From contig JAUCBJ010001713.1 in the NCBI GenBank assembly GCA_032718475.1, positions 7,891-71,890 on the forward strand: a stretch of 64,000 nucleotides of DNA, written 5' to 3'. Within the stretch, counting starts at the first letter, position 1, and every line of letters starts with the position of its first letter. The notes beneath the pieces are model-generated. The model saw only the letters and a list, made by a program, of their open reading frames with translations. It was not told the DNA's origin and did not search any database. The position numbers and the translations under genes are program-made. Below, piece by piece: positions 26,719 through 39,400 of the stretch. The stretch comes from Nemertoderma westbladi (taxonomy: Eukaryota > Animalia > Xenacoelomorpha).

Positions 26719-27199
26719 ATAATACTGCCTCTCAATAAAGAGACCCCCTTTACTGCTATCAGGGACGCGTTGTTCGACAGAGCCCCGTCAGCAAAAACAG
26801 CCAGTACCGCTAGTCGGTGGGGTTGACTTGTTGACGAGAGGCTATTTACAGGCGCATCGGTCAACCATTACTGACCGTGCCAAATTAATACTGAATGGTA
26901 ATTATAACTTAGCAAGATAACAGTAATGTAAACAATGTACCTAAGTTAATTGGTAAGAATAAAAGTAAAAATAATGATTCAATATTATTGATACTAGTTA
27001 AAACAGATATAACAGCAACAAATACACTTTAATAGTTATATTAACTTAGTCACATACTGTAAAGAAACTAAAGTACTGAGTTCAGCTTTATTGCGTGGCG
27101 ATTTCGTGGCCACGCAGCCCGGAACTGCGTAACTGAACTACGTAATTAGTTAAACAATTTAAAAGCAATCTACCTCTAATAATGCAGCCACATAAATCA

Positions 27200-27426
27200 T
27201 TAATCACATGGCAATAATGGTTCCAATTGCGTTTTTTCATTATTGTTACCAAAAATTGTTGATCGAATGCGAATTGTAGTTTGTTTGACCAGATTTAACA
27301 AACCAAATAATGCAAATAAGACTATCTTTAGTAACAATTCACAAATGTCAGCGAGTGTCATAATACTTGCACCGAGGAATAGTCCCATTGTTCCACCAAT
27401 CGCGGGAATAATGTCCGTAAATTGAC
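27200..27426 (-). CDS. DEG/ENaC exon 8 (TM2, GAS belt, stop)
   Basis: tttcag|GT CAA TTT ... IIPAIGGTMGLFLGASIMTLADICE ... TAA. Confidence 0.9.
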
Positions 27427-30400
27427 CTGAAATGAAAAAAAAAGGTTAAACAATGCCATTCCGTTTCACTTCCCGTATTAACTGCACAGTGTACTGTATA
27501 GGCCTAATGATGTAGTTACAGTAAAGTTAACGGAGGCGCCCAAACTGTGTTAGCGTGTAAGGCGCCACTTTAACTTAACTCGTATTAATGTTGAACCTCC
27601 TTAATCAGAACACTCAAACTATACACAACCCTTTACTTTTCTCTCCCAGGCAATAATACAAGGTTCCAATTTCGATGCGTTGGAGCACCTGTCATGAAAT
27701 TAGAACCGGTACAATAGCTAGAGATGAAATAATTATTATATAACCCTATCCCCACTGACTGTTGTGATATTGTATAGGACCCATTTTCTGCTATGACATC
27801 CTCGTCATCTAGACGGCTAAATGTTATTAAACAATGTTTGATAATCGACCGAATTCCAATTTTCTTAACGCCAACAGCTAACACTATAACGGGTTTAGAG
27901 AACTCGGTAGCCGATGGTCGTCCAGGTGGAGTCGCTGCACGTCTTGCAGTTGTTGAAGTAAGTCGTCTGGCTGCTGGAACTCTCCTACCAGTACGCTCTC
28001 TAGTCGGTATGTTATACGGTGCGAAAACGTTTGCAATTTCATCATGTAATCGGCCTGGATTGAACAAGCTAACTGAGTTCCCGCCACTGGTAGTCGTAGC
28101 TGAACTAGTTGATGCGGTATCATTACCGGAAGCACTCTGATGGTGGTGACAATTCGGGCATGGAGGAGGTTCACTCATAATACCAGGTCTACCCCTATAC
28201 AGCTATATGCCTATATTCAGGGCAGGGCAGTAGTACAGTACATAAAGTGCACTAGCCTCTATAGCAAACAAACTGTATTACTGAATAAACTTCAAATAAT
28301 GCATAAATACTATAAATAACTACAAATAATAATGTTTAATAATAATTTATATTTTTATCGAATTAACTCAACAGTCAAAACAAACATTCGACATGGAACA
28401 ATTCTGTAATTGTGTTACTGCATCGAAATTACTGTAGTTGGAACTTTTAACAGTAAGTTTACCCAGTTGATTAATTACTGTTAGTAAACTGATAAATACA
28501 AAACATAGGAAGGCATACGGCAGTGCGGAAATTAAATATATTAATTACCACTGCAGCACGGGTACGGTAAAGTACAGCTGCAGTACCCAAATCTAGGCCT
28601 ATTGCAGGACATAATTCAAATATCCCGCCTATTCATGGTATCATAGCAACAACAACAGCTATTAATTACGACGGTCGATCTGGTTCCAGTATTTAATTAC
28701 GACGGTCGATAATGTCAACATTAATAACGACGGTCGATCTGGTTCCAGAATTTAATTACGACGGTCGATAATGTCAACATTAATAACGACGGTCGATCTG
28801 GTTCCAGAATTTAATTACGACGGTCGATAATGTCAACATTAATAACGACGGTCGATCTGATGGTTCCAGTATTTAATTACGACGCACGATAATTATCAGC
28901 ATTTAATTACGACGGTCGATAATTTACAGCATTTAATTACGACGGTCGATAATTTACAGTATTTAATTAGTGACGGTCGATGTTGGTAGCTGTATCGGCC
29001 GTCATAAAATTATATCGAATTAAAATACCAAAAGTATGCCATACCCAGGGCTCGCGCTATACAGGTGGCGGTGAACTTGTTTCACTTTCAGTATATACAG
29101 TATTTATACTCAGGTGGTAGAACAGTCAGTAAGTAGTGCTGGTAGCATGGCCTTGTAGGCCATGCTGGAAGTATAGTAGTACACATTGCAGTATAGGTAA
29201 GGTTACACTGCACGGGCTACTGCGGTGATATTCATTGTACACATACTGTACATACACGTTATTGTGTAGGGCCTACTAATGTTAAATGATTATATTACGT
29301 ATGAGATGAGATTATAGCCCCCGATATTATATCTCTGTTAGACGACTTATTCATCATATCACCACACCCACTATCTACTGTTTTTTGATTAGAACCATAT
29401 TTAACGATGGTAATAGAACATAGGGTTGGTGCGCGAAAAAATTGTTGGGCTAGAAACAATCGAATAAGGGGTAACAAGGGCAATGAATCGAGTGGCGGGG
29501 TGTGTTTTTGTAAAAACACATGGAAACTGTCGAAATTGCGGGTATAAGTAAACGCGGGAAGCTAATTTTGAAAATCTGCTGTGATTGGCTGCTCTATATT
29601 TTTGACGTCACCACGCAGTGCTCTGATAATTTCTTATACTGGTTTCTATGGAGGGTGATATTAGATTTTTTCAAATACACATTTAATCTAATCATTCCAC
29701 ACGTGGCTTATATCAATTGAAAGCGGAGAGTCTTGCGCGTCTTTTGACACAACAATTAATTAAATTCATGGTGATGAATATGGATAAAATGAATCAATTC
29801 ACAATAATAAACTCGCAGATTGCCTGACCTATGCAAGTACTGTAGTACTGAACCACTCAGCCCTGACCACCTATTGCATTGCAGTATCGGAGTAGGCATT
29901 GCTGTATTGCAGCGGTAGAGTGGTACAGCGGTAGGTTTACTCCATCAATGAACGATGCCTACTCCGATACTGGAATGCAATACGGGATCAGGCAATCTAC
30001 CGAGTTTCCAAAATTGCAAACTATATTTTATCAATGTTTATTATCATGAATTTAAGTAATTGTAGTATTAAAAGACGTGCAAGACTCTCTGCTTTCAATA
30101 AATTGATATAAGCCACGTGTGAAGTGATTGAGATAAAATGTGTATTTAAATCGATCGAATATCACCCTCCATAGAAAACAATAGGCCCCCCCAATAGGGC
30201 CCCTATAATAAATTATCTGAGCACTGCGTAGAGACGTCAAATATGTAGCAGCCAATTTTCAAAATTGGCTTCCCGGGCGCCGGGCTTACTTTTAAACCCG
30301 CCATTATGTCTGTATCCACGTGTTTTTACAAAAACACACCCCGCCACTCGATTCAGGGCACCCTTTTACCCCTTATTCAATTGTTTCTAGCCCAACAACT

Positions 30401-33400
30401 TTTTCCGCGCACCAACCCTATTATTACTGTCGCGAGTTAGGAGCAGGACTGCGGACCATCAGCAAACGTTTATTATGTCCGTTTCCGAGATGTCTGTCAG
30501 TCGCAAGCAATATAACATAGCAAATGTTCACTGAGATTGTATTCAGTTCTAATGTACAAACACCCAACTCGTCTTTAAATGCAGGGATTTATTTATATTG
30601 AGTATAATTTTGTGAATCTTACCAAAAAGTAAATGTTCTTGAATCGATTGGTAGTTAATTGACTCCATGAAGATGTTTAGGAGGACGATATTCGATCGGT
30701 TTTGTCTCGACGAGGAATTTCCCCAATAATCTGAAGCATCAAAGTCGAAATTGTTGATATTCTTCCTGATGAAACAAATTTATTTAAAATATTCAAAATG
30801 ATAAAAATATTACTACGATTTAATGAAAATTACTCATATTGTTTATTTATATAGGAAGAAATATTCATGTTAACATCCACCGCTATAAAGAAAACGATGA
30901 AGAAACTATAAAGAAATAGAGAAAACTTTTCTAACTGGCACTAAAAATTCATCGACACTAATCCAACAAAATACAAAAACGGAACACATTCAAATCATTT
31001 ACAGTATGAATGAGTACTAATTATTTATTGATTATTGCGGTGATAAATAATATATTTTCACTATATTTACTGAACGTAACTAAGCTAATAAAAAGCGAGA
31101 GCATAGTGAAAATATGTTCCACGTTATGTAACTTTTCTTTTACTTTCTTGTATTTTCTTTAATATTGCTATTATTGTACCATACTGGTTATATTGTTCAT
31201 TCAACCATGTAAATAATCATATTACTTTATAAACATTTCTCCAACACATGAGTTTTAATAGTAGAAAGAACAGGCAAGTGATTTTCAGTAATAACATTAT
31301 ATTATAAACTTGCATTTTACTATATAAAATAATATGAATTCATCTGAAGTCCAAATAATAACCGATAAGTCCTTTTAAACCTTATAAATTAATTAAACAA
31401 TTAAAACGTCCATGTTTTCTTATAAATTACAGAGAATAATCTGTTTCACAGCTATGTAGGCTTCCGGGTCTCCTGTGGTATTCCCGGATGTCTTAAAGAG
31501 TTAAATGGAATATCAATAAAATATTGACAGATGACCAACAACTCGCTATGTACGGATACATGACCGAACGTAATCAGGATCGAATGTAACATAGTTATTA
31601 CGTATCGAACGTAACCGCAATTATGTTACATTGGATCCTATAACTATGTTACATTCGATCTACAAATTACTAAGCCCGAATGTAACATTGCTATTTACAG
31701 ATTTAAAGGAGCAGGTTACAGAGGCGTGTTGGGGGAACCAAAACAATAAACGAAAGTTAACACATGTTACAAGATTATGCAGGTTACTTAATTGGGTCTT
31801 TGTTTTGTACTCACCAACACCAAACTGTTTCTTCCTGTAAAGAAACGAAGCATTTCATCGGTTAACTCCTGAAATCAAAACACAACTGAAATAAATGTAA
31901 CTTACATTCGAGCTTAGTAATTTGTAGATCCAATGTAACATAATTGAGGTTACGTTCGATTCGTAAAAACTATGTTACATTCGACCCTGATTACGTTCGG
32001 TCTGTCCCGCTATGTACGATACACCCCACCAATAGTCTACATGATGAATCTCCTGCAAGTTAACAGAGAACGTCTTCGCCAACAAAACTGGGATCGAGGA
32101 GTCTAAGTCTTACCACCAGCGACTGCAGGTCGGGGAATGTCGGCTTCCGTTTTGTGAGGATTACGAATCCCCAAGGATTGAATTCTACATTTTCTAAATT
32201 CGTCATTGTTTGTGATTTAGCGTTTAGGCTATGGATGGAGTTATACCTTTTTAGTTTTACATAGATATTTATGGTAACTCCAGGCCTTTGTCTGACATTG
32301 GCGGTTACAGTAGGGTTCTTTACAATTGCTGCAGCATTCCTTGACTCCCTTGCGCTTGCAGAGTTCGCAGATTGCATTCCGTGACTCGAAATCCGTCGAA
32401 AGCGACTGATAATTGGTAAGGAGATTAAAATCGCTGAACTGTAGATTCCCGGAACTCTTGACAACACGCACGAATTCTGCGAACGTTGACGCAGTTTCTT
32501 CGAGAGGTTTCTTGAAGTTCTTCCCAAGTTCTTCAGCCAGTTTATATACACAATCAGTTTCTGATACTTTATATTCTTCCTGATCACTATTTATTCCCAT
32601 TACCTGCGATTTATTATCCTCCTGAGTATCCGCTTGAGACTCACAACTATTTAGTACCTCAGGTTTTATATCCAAACCAAAACGCTGAAATAACACCAAC
32701 CAATCCGCTACTTTGCGTGGTTTGTCGTTGGTGTTTTGGTACCAGTTGGCGGCTAGCAGTCGCCACCTGGCGTCTTTTTCACGTAAATCGTCATGAACCT
32801 CGGCAGTAAAAGCTTCTCTTAGCGCTTTCATCGCTCTGGCGTCAGTAGGCCAGCCACCTACAGACAACCCGTAGTCCCAAGCCCGAAGCATGTAGAACAT
32901 CGACTTTCGATAACTAACAGGACATCCGTTTCCAGTTAGGTACATAATCGCCAGCATGGAATAAGTACGGCCATCACGCCAGACATCAACCAGGGGGTCG
33001 GTAATCGCAACTCTACACAAATGGAATGCTTTTATACTATCAGTATTAATAATATTATCAGTTGTTTCACGCAAACCAAAGTAGATTTCAGCCAGCGCGT
33101 AATTCGCAATACCAACACCGCCTGCGGCTGACTCCTGTATCAGACTAACCGTGTCCTTCCCGTATATGCAGTTATCCTCGTTGGTGTCCGTATCGGCCAT
33201 CAACCACGAGGCCCTGGCTGCCATGGCGACAGGATGGCCGACTTTAGCGCCCTGTTTGAGATGACGATGAGTTGCTTCTAAGTCCCCATCCTTGTTCGCT
33301 TGGGCAGCGGAGATTAAAGACTGGTGTCCGGCTTGGTCGGGATTAAAGTTTATCTGCGTGAGGTATGTGGAATCATCTTCCGTAGTTTCTGACATGCCTG

Positions 33401-36400
33401 TAATATTCAATAGGCCTTCTTCCACAATGACACGATATATTAATTAATAAAAAACAAACAATTAAACCTATCTGTCCGTAGGCCACTTGATCAGTATACC
33501 AGTATACAGCGCTGTACCCACAATATATGCCTATCTGCACATTGCGCATTGCCTATCCTTATTTCGTCCATTTCATTTTAAAACAACCTAAATGACAAAA
33601 TTGACCTTTCCTGTAAAATGGCATTTTTGAATCCATTAAATCCATTAAATGTAACGATTATAAACAAAAACAGTTATGGTATTGGAATTATGTAACATAT
33701 TAGGTAGGAAACTATGTAGAGGGATAGGTTGTTTAAAAAAAATATTACATTTTGAACAATGATTACTCAAAAAGCATTAAAACCCTAAGACAAATTCGAT
33801 TATTAAGTTTTAAAAATATAAAACAAATCCCCCTCTATCATAATAAACAACAATAAATTCTAGCTCCTGATTCGTTGTTTCCAATTTTATATACTACTAG
33901 GATCGGCATGCTGCATTGCAGCTGCATTTTTAAGAATGCTGTGCCGGCTTGTCAACAAAATTGCACCGCCACAACTCCCTATCACCCATGACATTTGCTA
34001 GATCATCCGCATCTTCAAGGCCAGTGTCCTTTAAGATGCGTCTCAAGAAAGTCATGGGCTGTCCACCATGCTTATTCACTCCATGAGACTGCCAAAGTAC
34101 AAGATTATGCACTGGCTGGTCCTCACGGCGAAAGCAATGTCCTGCAAAGCGGAGGCGATTTTGTTCTAGTGTCAAGCTTGGGGGAACCAATGAGACACCT
34201 CCAATGTTATATAGTGTCTGGTTGGAGATGTATGCATTGTACTTGACACAATGAACCCGGCGTAGCATTCTTGTGAATGTGCCATCCAGAGATTTGGTGT
34301 CCTCAGCAGTTAGAGCCCAGCATGGACTCCCGTAGAGGAGTACTGGAACTACTGCTGCTCTAAATAATCGGACCTTAAGTTTCCGATTAATTCTCGGTGA
34401 CTTCCAAATCCTGGAAAGCCTATTCAAGGCTGCCCATGCCTTTCCCTTACGTATTCGAAGGTCCTCACTTGACTTCCGGATCCATGATCCCAGGTAACAG
34501 AAGTCGTCCACATGCTCAAGCATACCATCCTTTGAGCTTATGCTCATCCGATCAGAGACTTGCTGAGGTCTTTCAAAGTTAACTGTCAAAATTTTGGTCT
34601 TTCTGGAGTTAATAAAAAGACCAACACTAGAAGCAGCATGTTCTAATGAGCTGAGGAGCCGTTGGGCTCCCTCTAATGATTCTGAGAGTACTCCTAAGTC
34701 ATCAGCAAAGTCTAGATCAGTTAGGTACTTGGCAGGATTTCCTCGACTTCTGGACCCAGTAGGTGGAGTTATCATCACCCCATCATCATTATTATGATCT
34801 AAGGACATGCGTAGAACATAGTCAACCACAATAATGAACAAGAATGGTGCAAGTGTGTCTCCTTGGAGGACGCCCCATAACACTTCAAATGGTTCTGTGT
34901 CACCGTCAACAGTAGATACAAATGTTGTCGAACCATCGTATACTGATCTGATTGCTGCAATAATTTCATCAGGAATCCCATATAATGAAAGTATGCTGAA
35001 CATACATGAGCGAGAGACTGAATCAAAGGCCTTGAAGAAGTCAACAAAGATAACAGCCAGATGCCTGTCTTTCTTTTTTGATAATTCTTCAATTATCCTT
35101 CTAAGTGCCAAAATGGGCTCCATGGTCCCACGACCTTTACGGAACCCATTCTGATTTCCACGGAGCAGTCTCTCAATGGGATCCCTGATGCGATTTAATA
35201 GAATCCTATTGTATAGCTTTGCAGCAATCGAGATCAATGAGATTCCCCGAAAAGAACCATAGAATGTTAGGTTGCCCTTCTTGGGAACTGGCACCAACTT
35301 ATTTGTTTTCATTTCTTGTGGGACTCTTGTTGTTCGGTACATTTGTTTTCATTTCTTGTGGGACTCTTGTTGTTCGGTACATGTCTACTATGATGGGATA
35401 GATGAGCTTTAAACACTCAGGTATTTTAATGACCTCAGGGGGAACACCATCTACTCCACTGGCACGATTGGTCTTAATGCTCTTTGCAGCAGCCTTCACT
35501 TCTGCAAAGGAGATATCGCCAATGGGAATATCTGGGAGTACAGACTCAGACACTTTTACTTCTATAAAGTTATCAGGCAATACCCTGTCATTATTGAGGA
35601 GCTTTTCAAAGTGGGCTTTCCAACCATTGAGGCGATCGGCTGGTGATTCAGCCTTAACCTTGGTGGTTGGTTGGCTTTTCCGCCCAGTAAGCAAATTGAT
35701 CGATTTCCATGCCTGGGATGATTGCCTGCTGTCGTCAGCATCATTGATGGCATCAACCTGTTGGTTTATTACCTCCTGTAGATTAACAGAGTACTGCCTG
35801 TTCAGGGACCTAGATGCAGCCTTAACTGCATTCTTGGCCGCTGTAGTCTGTTTGAGTCGGGACTCTTTCTGCGCCTTATGAAGGTCATTTCGGCACTTCT
35901 GAATTTTGTTGTCAGTCCAGGGGGCCCTTTACCTGTTTCGAGGGTATACAGGAACTGTTTCTGCAGCTGCTAACTTAACTGCTTCTGTAAAGGCAGTATA
36001 GCCCTCACAGTGATCTGCCGCCTCAGAGGCAAGAGCCTCATACCTGTTGCTCAGCTGTAGTGTGAAGCTGGATCTCACACTTGGCTGTTGCAACAGAGAG
36101 GACCAGTCATGCCGCGGCAAGGCAGATTTCGTTGTATAAATAAAATTTTAAAATTTTATATCAAATATATATTAGTATAAAATTTTATATAAACGTTTCC
36201 AGGGCTTACTCTATTTATAATAGTAAAATGTATTATATAGGTTGTTTTAAAATAAAATTTCTTTATCATGGAGTGTATGCAAAACTGGCATATAGGTGGT
36301 TTTAAAACGATAAATATCTCAGTTATACGTGGGGCTCTTCTAAGTGAGTAATCGGAATCAGAATACATTTTAACATAAAGAAATGCAGCAATCTCCATTT

Positions 36401-39400
36401 CGGCCAAAATGGCATATATGTGGTTTCAAAATGAAAGGGACTATTTGACAGTTTGAGTTAATTATATTTTTCTGTGGTTAATAATCCGTTCATACTTTCT
36501 TCGACTGTTCAATTCTAACTAAACACGGTAAACGACTTCATTTATCGAATGTAGGTCAAGAGAACAAGCTCTACAGTATGTATACCAGTGTAACTTTATA
36601 AGGCCAGTGAGAATACTTTATACGGTAGGTAAGAAACAAAGAAACCAAAAATGATCATAACATAGACCACGGCCCTCTAGGCCTGGCATAGGATCCAACC
36701 CCAACATGAGTTAGGGTTGGGCCAAACTGTAGGCTACTGTTACCGGTACGCGTATTCCCAAATCCTTACACTAGTAGGAACACATCTTGAATTGACGCTT
36801 GGGATTGGTTAATGAGCTAATATTTGATTGGACGTTGAAATCATGTAAGGAATGGAGAGAGTGGGTCGAACTAAGGAGTTTATACTCAGTTGGCTGGTAG
36901 AAAGTGTTCCAAACGCTGTAAGGAATGGATAAATTCGGTGAAATCATGTAAGGATTATCTGCCTATTAAACGGTTCATTGTCAGATAACAGTACAAATAT
37001 ATACGAATAACAATATACAGTACATCTGTATATTCAGTGATAACGTTGTATAAGGAATCGTTTTACAGATCATTCTCCTTGATTTTTCCGATGAAAAGAT
37101 TGTAGTAATAGAGTAGCTAGCTTTATTGATAGTATTTACTATTGAAATTTATTCATTTGATGTTCATATTTAAAAGCATTTCACAATTTGTAAAGATAAA
37201 TATTCCAATGAAATAAACTCATAATTTTCAAATGATGTTTAGTATTTGTTCGATTTGCATTTATGTTCATCGACAGGTTTCTACAGCGCTTTTTAGCGCT
37301 TTGAGACATATCAAGTACCATGAGGTCGGCCAGCAGGCATCCGCTTACTTCCTACTGTAAGAGCTACTCGTCTGCGCGCTTGTGTAGTTGGCTGCACACG
37401 AATAGCAAATAGACTATTCCTAAGCAACCCTACAGTGTAACACTTAAACTCGTTGAAAAAAGCAATGTATCCCTAGACCCTAGTAGTCAACAATTTTCCA
37501 ATTGTTTCAGCACTAGCAAACCAGGCGCGCTTACGCGCGCCTGGGAGCCAACTAACAATATAATAATGTGTTCACAATAAATTATTAAAAAGGCAATTTT
37601 TCAAGCGCCCAACACTCCACATGTACACTACTGTATCTTGCAACTAAAAAGTCAATCAGGAGGCCAGAATTCCCAGGAACATATTGTAATAGATATTAAA
37701 TTTCATTGAATCCAGGGCAAGAGTTTGTGTTGTATTCTGTGAAAGGAGCTATCAGCTGGGTAAAATGTTATTTGCAAGAGAGATCCCAGTCTATAACTTG
37801 GCAATCACTCAAATCCATTCAGCTGAATCTCACAGTAGAGCATTGATTCTGGGTTACAACTAATAAGCAGTCAATGACAAATTTTCGTTGATTTGCACAC
37901 CGACGTCTTATAATTGGCTGAAGTGTGTTTGAGAGCAATGGATATTGAGCTCAACATGTTAAGATCTTACATATTCTTAATTAGCTCGAGAATTAATTAA
38001 TTAGTTAACGTGTAACTTTCCTATTCCATGGCCGTTACACATATAAACCACCACACAAAGTCTCGTAACGATTCACCGGAGCGTTTAGGCGGAGATAGAG
38101 CAACGACATACATACTGTACAACATTGACAATCTATTTGAATTATAGATACTAGAGCAACCCTATATAAACCATAACAACAATGCTAGTATAGGCCTACT
38201 GAATAGCTAATGTCACCTGCTGCTGCTAGCATACTCTTCTCATACTGTTGGTATAATAACCCTTACATGATTTGACCCATTTTCTCCATTCCTTACAGCG
38301 TTTGGAACACTTTGTATCTACCTGCTATCTACAGTAAGAGAAACAAAACGCTTACACTAGTTCGACCCCTATCTCCATTCCTTATATGATTTCAACGTCC
38401 AATCAAATAATAGTTTATTAACCAATCCCATGCACCAATTCATGATGTGCTCCTACTGGTGTAAGGATTGGGAATACGCTACCGTACCGGTACAGTTTGG
38501 CCAGGGACGGATTAAGGACATGACTGCCCGGGTGCACTTTTCCACTGCTGCCCCCCCCCCCCCACCCCTGTTGTATCTGTGTTATGCATTGCTTATTTTA
38601 TAAAATTACTGTATTTTAGTATATTAATTGTTATTGATTTACACCTGTGTAAATAATACATTGGAACTTTACACTGCATTTTAATAATAACAATAATTAC
38701 ATAATTAATTAATTGGATATTATTACATGGGAATTACAATACATTGACTGAGTTTGAGTTAGATATTTATTATAATTCTCTGTATAATATTGAAAAAACA
38801 ATCAAAGTTTACTTGAAGTGCGCCTTTCTAGCCTTCCGACTAGCAAAGTCCGCCACAATTTCGCCGAACTCCATTTCGCGCAGCATGTGTCGCTCCATGC
38901 TCATCACTGCCAGCATATTGATCCGCGTCTAGCTCATAACTGACCGCAGCACTGAATTTAATATGCCCAGCTTTGAAAAGTTTCTACTTGTTTCTGCCAC
39001 TACGTGCTGACTGTTTCACCCCATGTTAAAGAAATAGATGTTCTGGAATGAATATTTTGAATATTTATGAGATGGGTGATGGGCTAGATATAAATAACGA
39101 TAGATAATCGCATTATTGTTCCACGCCATATAGGTGATTTAATAACAAAATGGTTTGTAAGTGGCTTATTCCGTTAAAAATAATGTAGAAAATAATGTAT
39201 TTTATACATTATAAAATACCTGCGGCACCTTGGCAACAAAAGCACCTGGCGGCCCCTTGGCGGCGGCGGCCCGTGTGCACCTGCACCCCCCTTAATACGC
39301 CCCTGAGTTTGGGCCGTGTCACAGATGAGCTTAAAACTTTCAAATACAATATTTTTTAGCCTACACATTATGTAGTAGGGGGCCAAGCCTATGGATATAA

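Larger units (their letters stand above)
36719..39315. mobile_element. TIR element (PIF/Harbinger-like ends, ~230-bp TIRs) hosting a Helitron and a hAT insertion
   Basis: GGGCCAAACTGTA..GCGTATTCCCAAATCCTTACAC.. (36719-36955) is inverted at 38260-38501; the last bases of the right TIR are displaced by the hAT. Confidence 0.7.

Noticed and set aside
28661-28982. CRISPR-like look (constant core with variable linkers)
   Set aside because: Linkers are only ~12 nt and themselves repeat; no cas genes; eukaryotic context
33870-36160. TSD around the minus-strand RTE
   Set aside because: Only a short imperfect GAT(T)TCGTTGT similarity; not convincing
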